NCBI GenBank assembly: GCA_964389665.1
Contig: CAYMFC010000001.1
Span: 1 to 59,292 of the forward strand
Source: an uncultured Desulfobacteraceae bacterium
GTDB lineage: Bacteria > Desulfobacterota > DSM-4660 > Desulfatiglandales > B25-G16
DNA: 59,292 bases
Direction: 5' to 3'
Numbering within the stretch: the first letter of the stretch is position 1; each line of letters begins with the position of its first letter. Positions 46,121 to 54,087 of this stretch are shown piece after piece. The notes below the pieces were generated by a model. That model saw only the letters and a program-made list of their open reading frames with translations. It had not been told where the DNA came from and did not search any database. The translations under genes were made by a program, and so were the position numbers.

Positions 46121-46901
46121 TAGTATCTTTCTCCTCTTTCCAGATCTCAGATCTCCATTTGGACTGATCCTGTGTATGCCCCAAATATATCTCAATCACC
46201 CTTGGATTGGTTAAGGCCTCCTCTGTTTTCGCATCGATTAGTTTTGTGCCTTGATTCATCACCATGACCCTCTCGGCGAGTCCGGCTACCGCTCTCATGA
46301 TGTGCTCAACCATGGAGACTATCGCTATCTTCTCTTCCTTTCGTATCTTCTTGATGAATGTCACCATATCGTCGATATCCTTGGGATTCATCCCGGCCAT
46401 GGCCTCATCCATCAAAAGGAGTTTTGGCCTCATGGCCAAGGCCCTTGCAATCTCCATCAATTTTTTCTCGACAGGAGTCAGGGTGCCGGCAGCCTTATCC
46501 CTGTATGCACTCAAACCAACCAAATCGATATATCGATCCGCTATCTTCAGAGCATTGTCCACGCTGACCGTATGTGCCAACGTACCGAACATGGCCCCGA
46601 TCGCTACGTTTTCCCTTACGCTGGCAGAAGAAAAAGGCCGAGAAATCTGAAAGGTTCTCCCCAATCCCATTGGGGCCCTTTTGTAAGAGGGTACGCGTGT
46701 AATATCTTTTCCCTCGAAGGTGACCGTTCCTTCTTCCGGGATGTAGACTCCACTGATCACATTAAAAAGGGTGGTCTTACCGCTTCCGTTGGGACCCACT
46801 ATGCCGATGAGCTCACCCTCATCGATTTCCATGCTTACCCTGTCAACCGCCACCAGCCCGCCAAAGCGTTTCGTGACATTATCGATTTTTAGCAATGCCA
46901 T
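46113..46901 (-). CDS. livG: Branched-chain amino acid ABC transporter ATP-binding protein (LivG-like)
   Basis: 262 aa with 'GPNGSGKTT' and 'LLLMDE'. Confidence 0.9.
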   Translation of the reverse strand: MALLKIDNVTKRFGGLVAVDRVSMEIDEGELIGIVGPNGSGKTTLFNVISGVYIPEEGTVTFEGKDITRVPSYKRAPMGLGRTFQISRPFSSASVRENVAIGAMFGTLAHTVSVDNALKIADRYIDLVGLSAYRDKAAGTLTPVEKKLMEIARALAMRPKLLLMDEAMAGMNPKDIDDMVTFIKKIRKEEKIAIVSMVEHIMRAVAGLAERVMVMNQGTKLIDAKTEEALTNPRVIEIYLGHTQDQSKWRSEIWKEEKDTNG

Positions 46902-46909
46902 CCCTTCAC

Positions 46910-47911
46910 CTATTCGATAATGATCTTATATTTCGTTCCATTGACTCTCGCCTTTAAGAGCCCTATAACTCCCTCAGGAAATGCAACAATGATAATGATG
47001 ATAAGCGGTGCAAAGATAAGGAGTTGAAATCCCGGCAGGATGACAGCAAGCCAATACTTGGAAAGTCCGTATATGAGGCCTCCCACCACAGGGCCCAGGA
47101 GGGTTCCAGCACCGCCAAGGAGAACAATGATGATGGCCTCTATGGTATAATGGATTTCAAAGACCTCGGGTGGGAACACATAGGGTGTCTTTATGGCCCA
47201 TGAAGAGGCTCCAACCAATCCAGCAAAGCTCGCGCTCGTGATAAAGGCTATGATCTTGTATTTGGTTACATTTATTCCCATTACCTTGGCAGCATCTTCG
47301 TCTTCCCTGATTGCCGTCAAGGCATAACCAATCTTGCTCCTCATATAATAAATGGTAACAACTGCAGCCAGGGCAGCGATGATAAACACCATTACATCCG
47401 CCCAGAAGGTAGATAATGCACTTGCCATTTCTCTTCCAAAGGCCTGATTCATATCCGCCATAAAGATAATACCTTCAGAACCATTCCATATCCTTGCCCC
47501 CTCTATGAGATACCTGAACCCCTCATTGACCCCGATGGTTGCAATGGCGAAATATGCCCCTCGCAATCTGAGTGCTACGGCACCTACAGCCAGAGACAAG
47601 AGGGTAGCCATGGCTAATGCCAAGAGAAACCCGATTGCGATAATGCCGATTCCAAGCCCTTCAAATGAGGCAAACCGTGTAATTCCTATCGCCATCCCGT
47701 AGGTTCCCACACCGAGAAAAGCAACATATCCAAAATCGACATAGCCCGTCATGCCCAAGAAGATATTGAAGGCCTGTCCAAGGGCACAGTAAAAGGCGAG
47801 CATACCCATTAACTGCCACATCCCGGACATGTTTCTGCCTATCAAGAACATGACGAGGTACGCCGCAAATACAGGCACTAAGGGATAATATTTAGCAATG
47901 TGTTTTTTCAT
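46910..47911 (-). CDS. livM: Branched-chain amino acid ABC transporter permease (LivM-like)
   Basis: 333 aa polytopic membrane protein with an ATGA overlap with the upstream permease gene. Confidence 0.85.
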   Translation of the reverse strand: MKKHIAKYYPLVPVFAAYLVMFLIGRNMSGMWQLMGMLAFYCALGQAFNIFLGMTGYVDFGYVAFLGVGTYGMAIGITRFASFEGLGIGIIAIGFLLALAMATLLSLAVGAVALRLRGAYFAIATIGVNEGFRYLIEGARIWNGSEGIIFMADMNQAFGREMASALSTFWADVMVFIIAALAAVVTIYYMRSKIGYALTAIREDEDAAKVMGINVTKYKIIAFITSASFAGLVGASSWAIKTPYVFPPEVFEIHYTIEAIIIVLLGGAGTLLGPVVGGLIYGLSKYWLAVILPGFQLLIFAPLIIIIIVAFPEGVIGLLKARVNGTKYKIIIE

Positions 47912-48795
47912 TTCGCCCTCAACAGCCCGGTTGGCCGAATAAGCAGTATCAGCAGTAATATCACAAAGGAAAGAAACCTCGTCAGGGCAAACGGCTCAAC
48001 ACCCGGAAGCAGGGCGAATAATGTGTAGGAGCCATTTTCTATGAGCCCGAAGACCAATCCCCCGAAAAAGGCGCCATAGGGCGATGCGAGGCCTCCCAAC
48101 ACGGCAATGACAAACGCCTTCAGGGTATATGCCCCACCCATATACGGATTGATCCCAACAGGGATAAACATGGTGAGAAGGACACCGCTGGCCACCACCA
48201 GCCCAATCCCTATTGCAAAGCTCAAGGCATAGATCCACCCCACATTTACGCCGCATACCCTTGCTCCCTCGTCGTCCTCGACGACACTCCTCATTGCGGT
48301 CCCAGCCCTTGTCTTCTTGAACCATAGATAGAGCAATACGGCGATGAGGATGCTTCCGATACATGCGTAGATCTTTGCCATGGGCAGCACCGTGACTCCC
48401 AGGCTTACCTTGCCTACAACCCAATTATATCCCCTGAACTCAGAGCCGAATATGAGTTTCACGATCTCTTCGAGCAATACACCGATTGCAAAAGTGGCAA
48501 GCAACGTGGAGAGTTCCGGGGCCTTGATGAGCCGCTTCATAGTCGAATAATAGAAGAAGAACCCCAAGCACATCCCCACGATAAAGGCAAAGGGAATTGC
48601 GAATATCGGATTAATCCCAAAGGTAGTGAAGAGCCACAGCGTAATAAACGCCCCTACCATGATAAACGCACCGTGCCCGACATTGACGACCTTGAGGACC
48701 CCGAAAATCAAGCTCAGGCCCATGGTTGCCATGCCATAGATAGCACCAAGCACCAAGCCTTGTATCAAATTACCTGCAAGCTGTTCAAAGATCAT
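47908..48795 (-). CDS. livH: Branched-chain amino acid ABC transporter permease (LivH-like)
   Basis: 295 aa polytopic protein. The N-terminus 'LIQGLVLGAIYGMATMGLSLIFG' is typical of LivH. Confidence 0.85.
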   Translation of the reverse strand: MIFEQLAGNLIQGLVLGAIYGMATMGLSLIFGVLKVVNVGHGAFIMVGAFITLWLFTTFGINPIFAIPFAFIVGMCLGFFFYYSTMKRLIKAPELSTLLATFAIGVLLEEIVKLIFGSEFRGYNWVVGKVSLGVTVLPMAKIYACIGSILIAVLLYLWFKKTRAGTAMRSVVEDDEGARVCGVNVGWIYALSFAIGIGLVVASGVLLTMFIPVGINPYMGGAYTLKAFVIAVLGGLASPYGAFFGGLVFGLIENGSYTLFALLPGVEPFALTRFLSFVILLLILLIRPTGLLRAK

Positions 48796-48836
48796 ATTCC
48801 CTATCCTCGTTTCTTTGGGGCATTAAACTTGATGGT

Positions 48837-48965
48837 CTCGTAAAAAGTCTCAATAGCATGTCATTTCGAGCGAAGCGAGAAATCTTATCAATATAACATG
48901 CTGAAAATACAAGATTTCTCCTTGCAGTCGAAATGACAGATTCAATAAATACGACTTTTTACGAG
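48837..48965. repeat. 129-nt nested palindromic (REP/MITE-like) element between livK and livH
   Basis: There are three perfectly complementary arm pairs. The first is 'ctcgtaaaaagtc' (48837-48849) with 'gactttttacgag' (48953-48965). The second is 'tgtcatttcga' (48859-48869) with 'tcgaaatgaca' (48928-48938). The third is 'gagaaatct' (48877-48885) with 'agatttctc' (48912-48920). Confidence 0.8.
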
Positions 48966-49063
48966 TTTGTGAAACTTGAAAATACTAAAATCTCCCCGAC
49001 CATTGGCCGTAATGTACCACGATCAGGGAGATTTGATCCCTAGAAGATGGTACTTGTGTGGTA

Positions 49064-50344
49064 TTACGGCACAGCGACTTTCCCTTTAGCCTTTTCAGCA
49101 AAGGTAGGCATGGGATAATATAAGTCGCCTGTTTTGGCCTCAAGAGGCCATACAATAACCCTTTTTCCCCCTTGCCACTGTACATCTACCATGGAGTGGC
49201 CCACTTGTAGCCCCGTGTCATCCACATCCCATCCGCCATAGAAAGACATGAACCGTAGCTCGCCCAAGGCCTTTCTGACATCACCGGGATCTATGCTGTT
49301 AGACATCTCCACCGCCTTCACATAGGCCAAAACCTGTGCTCCGGCCTCAGCAGCATGATAATCCGGGATCATATCTTTTCCTACTGACTTTTTAAAGAGG
49401 CTCACGAACTCATCCTGGTTTGGGCCAATCCAGGGAAGGCCAGCCTTCTGAGCACCCTGAGCAGAATATTTCACCCCGTATTCCCAATGAGAAGGACCCA
49501 TCACACCTTCTGCCATACTGGTTAGAGCATCATAGAAGGCAGGCAAGGTTGCTGCGGCTATTAGAGAAAGGGCATTGACATTAATATCAAGATCAGCCAT
49601 CTGACGGTTTAAAAGCTGGCCGTCCTCAAAATGGCCGCCTCCGATGATGAAATCTGCTTTCACAGGTTTCAAGGCAGAAAGCAGCGGTGTTAAATCGGTA
49701 ACACCTTTAGGATAGGTCCTCTTAAACACGATATCAAATCCAAGCTTCTTTGCATGTATTTCTGCTCCTCCCATCACACTCCTGGCAAACTCGTCATCCT
49801 CATAGGCAAGGGCAACCTTTTTTGCCTTTGGATCGAAATAATGGATCATATCAAGGGTTCCCTTGTGATAACTGCTGCCAGGCCCGATCGTCTGAACAGT
49901 ATATTGAAAGCCCTGCTGGAAAATCTGATCATTTGCCCCACCATGATCCATGTAAAGCATCTTACGGCTCTCGGCAACTGGGGCCCCTCGGAGGGTAAGG
50001 CCTGAGCTGTAAGGAGAAAAAACAACATCGACCTTGTCGGCCGCAATCAGTCGTGCGATAAGGCTTGTGACCGCCTCTTTTTTTGACTCACAGTCATAGT
50101 ACTTATACTCCAGTGGGGCTTTCTTTCCGGCTACCATGACTCCATTGTAGACATTATTTACCCAATCAACACAGGCCTTTATCCCACCTACGGCCTGTTC
50201 ACCTGCCTTTGCATACTTTCCAGAAAGACATGCCGGGTGACCAATTACTATCTTGTCAACTGCCCCTGCAAGGCCATTGGTGGTGAAAAGGAATACAAAG
50301 GCTGCTGCAAAAATCATGAACATCCTTAATGAGTTACTCTTCAT
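49064..50344 (-). CDS. ABC transporter periplasmic substrate-binding protein (LivK/LivJ family)
   Basis: 426 aa with a signal peptide. It is the first gene of the liv-type operon, and its type I periplasmic binding fold is inferred from context and composition. Confidence 0.85.
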   Translation of the reverse strand: MKSNSLRMFMIFAAAFVFLFTTNGLAGAVDKIVIGHPACLSGKYAKAGEQAVGGIKACVDWVNNVYNGVMVAGKKAPLEYKYYDCESKKEAVTSLIARLIAADKVDVVFSPYSSGLTLRGAPVAESRKMLYMDHGGANDQIFQQGFQYTVQTIGPGSSYHKGTLDMIHYFDPKAKKVALAYEDDEFARSVMGGAEIHAKKLGFDIVFKRTYPKGVTDLTPLLSALKPVKADFIIGGGHFEDGQLLNRQMADLDINVNALSLIAAATLPAFYDALTSMAEGVMGPSHWEYGVKYSAQGAQKAGLPWIGPNQDEFVSLFKKSVGKDMIPDYHAAEAGAQVLAYVKAVEMSNSIDPGDVRKALGELRFMSFYGGWDVDDTGLQVGHSMVDVQWQGGKRVIVWPLEAKTGDLYYPMPTFAEKAKGKVAVP

Positions 50345-50398
50345 GACTACACCCCCTTTTTATAGGTTTCGTGTTGATTTAGAATATATCTTTAGCAC

Positions 50399-50441
50399 AA
50401 AAAAAGAGCCTGTGAGCTAATGACATCTCACAGGCTCTTTT
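50399..50441 (-). terminator. Strong Rho-independent terminator (minus orientation) upstream of livK
   Basis: The 13-15-bp perfect stem 'aaaagagcctgtgag' (50402-50416) pairs with 'ctcacaggctctttt' (50427-50441) around a 10-nt loop. On the minus strand seven T follow the core stem, of which up to four can extend the stem. It lies 55 nt upstream of the livK ATG. Confidence 0.75.
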
Positions 50442-50522
50442 GAGCTCGCTTCAATCAAAGTGTTAAAGAAGCTATCGTAATGGTAGGTTAGATGCAGCAT
50501 TTTACTAGGCCAAACAGATTCA
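50399..50522 (-). ncRNA. Candidate ~120-nt leader RNA or sRNA (promoter to terminator)
   Basis: The unit is bounded by the predicted promoter (50557-50530) and the terminator (50441-50399). I recognise no known riboswitch motif in it. Confidence 0.3.
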
Positions 50523-50529
50523 GATGAAC

Positions 50530-50557
50530 TACATACCCATTTTTCCTGTTTTGTCAA
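50530..50557 (-). promoter_or_regulatory. Sigma70-type promoter with A-tract UP-like element
   Basis: On the minus strand: TTGACA (50557-50552), a 16-nt spacer, then TATGTA (50535-50530). It is preceded by 'ggaaaaaaaatggaaaaaaatta'. Confidence 0.45.
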
Positions 50558-50670
50558 TAATTTTTTTCCATTTTTTTTCCATCTCGATCCCTGGCATTGT
50601 TGCCTTTTCATTAATTGTGCTTTAATGTGACCTACCGACTGATGAATACACTCCATTCGCCTGGAAGGTT

Positions 50671-51654
50671 ATGACCATGGGAAACGTCCTACAAAGTCGC
50701 CCGTCAAAGGTGGGCCTATCAGACATAGATCTGAGCCCAGGACCGTTCTGCATGAGCTTTCAGTTCAACCTTGAACGGCTCAAGGCATCGATTGAACGGT
50801 TTGGCCTTCTTAACCCACCGTATCTTGTCAAAGGCTCGTCTTTTACTGTCGTTGCGGGATATCGCAGGCTGCTGGCGATACGCGAGCTCGGATGGGCTGA
50901 TATAGGATGCCGGATCTTGCCCGGTGACCTCCTGCCACTCGATGCATTACTGTTAAACTTCTATGACAACCTCACCGCTCGTCAATTCAATCCCATTGAA
51001 AAGGGGATGGTGCTCAAAAGGCTCACACGATACCTCACCAGGGAGGAAATCCTGAGCCACTACATGCCCATGCTCGAGCTCCCCTCAAACATGCACACAT
51101 TAAAGCTATACCTGAGTCTTGAAGATCTGGATGATGTGATAAGGGTATCAATTGCCGCAGGAAGGTTATCGATGAAGGTCCTCGGGATACTAGGGAGTGT
51201 AAGCAAAGAGGATCAACGGGAGATCAACCAGCTTTTCACCTCGCTCAAGTGGAGCGTTAACCTCCAGTGGCAGGCAGCCCTTTGGATCATGGAGATCGCC
51301 GGCAGGGAAGGGCGGTCTGTAAGAGAAGTGATAGGGGACGAGCGCATTTTAACGATGGTAAAAAACGGTAAAATGAACAGCCCTCAGAAGGTGAGGGCCA
51401 TCGTGGGGGAGCTTAGGAAGTGGCGGTTCCCTACCATTACGGAATACGAGAGATCGTTTAAGAAGGGCGTCTCCGATCTCGATCTTCCCTCAAAGGTGAG
51501 GGTAATTCCCCCGCCATTCTTTGAAGGGGTTGACTATAAGCTCGAGATCGTTTTTCGAGAGGGAAAAGAGCTCAGGGAAAAGGTGGAGAGGCTTTCCCGC
51601 ACCGCTGGATTGGAGGAGATCGCCGATTTCTGGAAGACCTATAATCGTGAGTAA
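50671..51654 (+). CDS. ParB/Srx N-terminal-domain protein (ParB-like, non-canonical)
   Basis: 327 aa. 'FGLLNPPYLV....FTVVAGYRRLLAIRELG' matches the ParB N-terminal box, with GYRR in place of GERR. I do not recognise the remaining ~230 aa helical region. Confidence 0.7.
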   Translation: MTMGNVLQSRPSKVGLSDIDLSPGPFCMSFQFNLERLKASIERFGLLNPPYLVKGSSFTVVAGYRRLLAIRELGWADIGCRILPGDLLPLDALLLNFYDNLTARQFNPIEKGMVLKRLTRYLTREEILSHYMPMLELPSNMHTLKLYLSLEDLDDVIRVSIAAGRLSMKVLGILGSVSKEDQREINQLFTSLKWSVNLQWQAALWIMEIAGREGRSVREVIGDERILTMVKNGKMNSPQKVRAIVGELRKWRFPTITEYERSFKKGVSDLDLPSKVRVIPPPFFEGVDYKLEIVFREGKELREKVERLSRTAGLEEIADFWKTYNRE

Positions 51655-51681
51655 TATCTTCAACTCCATAACGCCTTCCTC

Positions 51682-52800
51682 ATGGACAACACGATAAAGA
51701 CGATGGAAAAATTTGAGATCCGGCGGCTCCTCATCGAAAGGGGGGCGGAGGAGGATTCAATGGCACAACGGATACGTACCCAACTGCCTGACGTGCCAAC
51801 AGAATATGTCTTGCCCGACGATTTGGCCTTGTCCCACGATAGAGACGAGCTGGATAAGCAATCGATCAGGATGATCCACTTCAGCGGGGATTTTCTCAAG
51901 CCCTGCCCCGGAACGCGGAGGTATATCTGCTGTGGGTATCAGATCTTGCACGTTGGCATCAACTGCCCAATGGATTGCAGTTACTGTTTTCTTCAATCCT
52001 ACCTCAATCAGCCATCATTAAGAATATTCAGCAATCTAGAGGATAAACTTGATGTCATAGCCGGCACCATTAAAACGTATCCGGACAGGATATTCAGGAT
52101 CGGCACCGGCGAGTTCACCGACAGCCTCGCCCTTGACTACCTCACCGGATGGATCGATATGCTGCTGCCGTTTTTCTCCTCAATGAGCAATTGCATCCTT
52201 GAGCTTAAGACCAAGACAACATGCATCGAAAACATCTTAAGAAAAAGCGGTCTCGGCCAAAGGATCGTCGTGGCATGGTCGCTCAACACGCCACGGGTGA
52301 TCTCCCATGAGGAGCGCAATACCACCAGTCTGGAAAGAAGGCTCCTTGCCGCCCGGAGGTGTCAGGAGGCGGGATTCGTGGTTGCATTCCATTTCGACCC
52401 CCTCATACACTACCCCGGCTGGCGAGAGGAATACGAGCAAGTAATCCAACTTATGGAGAAGTATATCGATCCGGAAACCATTCTATGGATCAGCATTGGA
52501 TCCTTTCGGTATATGCCTGATCTTAAGTGGGTTATCAGGAGGCGATTTCCGGAAACCCATATCTTCAACGGAGAATTTGTTTCGGGCCTGGATGGTAAGC
52601 TCCGGTATTTCAAGCCAATCCGAGTCGAAATGTATGCATGCCTGTTTGAACGATTAAGGCGATGGCATAAGGACCTTGGGATATATCTGTGCATGGAGAG
52701 CGACGAGGTGTGGATGCAGTCCTTCGGATGGTCGCCTGAAACCTCTGTAAACCTGTCGAGATATCTGGATGACAGGGTGAGGAAATTGATGCCGGTTTGA
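51682..52800 (+). CDS. Spore-photoproduct-lyase-family (SplB-like) radical SAM protein
   Basis: 372 aa. 'GINCPMDCSYCFLQSY' compares with B. subtilis SplB 'GCMGHCHYCYLQT', and it sits in a TIM-barrel-length protein. The gene starts 27 nt after the ParB-like gene. An alternative ATG lies at 51703. Confidence 0.75.
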   Translation: MDNTIKTMEKFEIRRLLIERGAEEDSMAQRIRTQLPDVPTEYVLPDDLALSHDRDELDKQSIRMIHFSGDFLKPCPGTRRYICCGYQILHVGINCPMDCSYCFLQSYLNQPSLRIFSNLEDKLDVIAGTIKTYPDRIFRIGTGEFTDSLALDYLTGWIDMLLPFFSSMSNCILELKTKTTCIENILRKSGLGQRIVVAWSLNTPRVISHEERNTTSLERRLLAARRCQEAGFVVAFHFDPLIHYPGWREEYEQVIQLMEKYIDPETILWISIGSFRYMPDLKWVIRRRFPETHIFNGEFVSGLDGKLRYFKPIRVEMYACLFERLRRWHKDLGIYLCMESDEVWMQSFGWSPETSVNLSRYLDDRVRKLMPV

Positions 52801-52881
52801 AGCGAATCAAATGACTTGTGATCTGCACGTAGCTATGATAGAAGCAACTCTGTTCAACCAGGCAGGCAGTAATCTATAATA

Positions 52882-52890
52882 TGATATAAT
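52882..52890 (+). promoter_or_regulatory. Extended -10 promoter element for hbd
   Basis: 'tgaTATAAT' matches TGnTATAAT perfectly, and a second TATAAT lies at 52875-52880. Both sit inside a ~75-bp stretch of ~11% GC, about 80 nt upstream of the hbd ATG. Confidence 0.5.
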
Positions 52891-52967
52891 TTTATATGTA
52901 ATAATAGTATATTATAAGATCTAATTAATTAACTACATTATATTAACACGTAACAAAAGGAGGTACC

Positions 52968-53822
52968 ATGGAGATCAAAAAGATAGGCGTGGTAGGAGCA
53001 GGAACCATGGGTAATGGTATTGCCCAGATATCCTCACAGATAGGCTGCGACGTGGTGATGATGGATATCGAGATGAGGTTCATTGAAGGAGGTATGACCA
53101 GCATTGATAAATTCCTGTCGAAAAGCGTGGAAAAGGGGAAGATGACGGCCGGGGAAAAGGATGCCGTAATTGGACGGATAAAGGGAACTACTGATATGGC
53201 AGATCTCAAGGATGTCGATTTTGTCATTGAGGCTGTGATAGAGGATGTCGAGCTCAAAAAACGGGTCTTCAGGAATCTTGACGAGCTTGTCCGGCCAGAA
53301 GTAATCCTTGCCACGAATACGTCTTCTATGTCTATTACAGAAATCGCAGCGAGCACAAGCCGGCCCGACAAGGTGTGCGGGATGCATTTCTTCAATCCTG
53401 CACCCATAATGAGACTGGTAGAGATAATACGTGGTTATGCAACGAGTGATGAGTCAATAGCGATCGCAAAGGAGCTCGCGAAGAAGATGGGAAAGGTAAC
53501 CGTGGAGGTAAAGAAGGATTCGCCGGGCTTTATCGTGAACAGGATCATGATTCCCCATATGATCGAGGCAATAAAAATGGTAGAGGAGGGGATTGCAAGC
53601 ATAGAGGACGTGGATACTGCGGTAAAGAACGGTCTGAATTATCCCATGGGGCCATTCGAATTGATGGACCTCACAGGGATAGATATCGCGTACTTTGTGA
53701 CGGAGTACTTTTATAAGGAGCTCAACAAGGAGTCAAAGTGGGTAGCCCCCAATCTCCTAAAGACGATGATACGGGCAGGAAACCTGGGGAGAAAAACAGG
53801 AAGCGGTTGGTATAGTTATTGA
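52968..53822 (+). CDS. hbd: 3-hydroxybutyryl-CoA / 3-hydroxyacyl-CoA dehydrogenase
   Basis: 284 aa with the Rossmann motif 'IGVVGAGTMGNGIAQ', 'NTSS', 'HFFNPAP' and 'PGFIVNR'. AAGGAGG RBS. Confidence 0.9.
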   Translation: MEIKKIGVVGAGTMGNGIAQISSQIGCDVVMMDIEMRFIEGGMTSIDKFLSKSVEKGKMTAGEKDAVIGRIKGTTDMADLKDVDFVIEAVIEDVELKKRVFRNLDELVRPEVILATNTSSMSITEIAASTSRPDKVCGMHFFNPAPIMRLVEIIRGYATSDESIAIAKELAKKMGKVTVEVKKDSPGFIVNRIMIPHMIEAIKMVEEGIASIEDVDTAVKNGLNYPMGPFELMDLTGIDIAYFVTEYFYKELNKESKWVAPNLLKTMIRAGNLGRKTGSGWYSY

Positions 53823-53847
53823 CTACTCCATTGATACGACATGAGAT

Positions 53848-53886
53848 AAGGGAGGTCTTGATAAAACCTCCCTTACTTATTTTTAT
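53848..53886 (+). terminator. Rho-independent terminator after hbd
   Basis: Stem 'aagggaggt' (53848-53856) pairs with 'acctccctt' (53866-53874) around a 9-nt loop, followed by 'acttattttta'. Confidence 0.8.
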
Positions 53887-53962
53887 GGCGCATAGCCTTT
53901 CTCAACTTATCGTATTTATGTTTTCTGATCTTCTTTCTCCTTTTCTTTACCACGCTGCTCAT
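53873..53962 (-). CDS. 29-aa highly basic mini-protein (bS22 / AURKAIP1-COX24-like)
   Basis: Hand translation gives 'MSSVVKKRRKKIRKHKYDKLRKAMRHKNK*'. A GGAGA sequence lies 8 nt upstream of the ATG. The sequence resembles mycobacterial bS22 as I recall it ('MGSVIKKRRKRM.KKKHRKLL'). The ORF is below the ORF-track length cutoff. Confidence 0.6.
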   Translation of the reverse strand: MSSVVKKRRKKIRKHKYDKLRKAMRHKNK

Positions 53963-54087
53963 AGATTAAATCTCCGATCGCTTTATAAAAGAAACGCATT
54001 TTGCAATAAAAAAGAAGGGGTTGTCAAGAGATATTTTTATTAGTTTACATAATATATATTATCAGACTAAATATCTAAGCTCTCGTG

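Noticed and set aside
46251-46892. 213-aa ORF antisense to livG, plus nested ORFs at 46264-46650 and 46358-46567
   Set aside because: These are shadow ORFs opposite a clear ABC ATPase gene, with no recognisable motifs or RBS.
50417-50656. 79-aa minus-strand ORF upstream of livK
   Set aside because: It has no SD and starts upstream of the predicted promoter. Its stop lies in the terminator loop and its composition is Gln/Lys/Ser-rich, so I treat the region as non-coding leader or sRNA.
53819-54043. 74-aa plus-strand ORF after hbd
   Set aside because: It runs straight through the hbd terminator hairpin and is Leu/Phe/Ser low-complexity. The minus-strand 29-aa basic ORF explains the region better.
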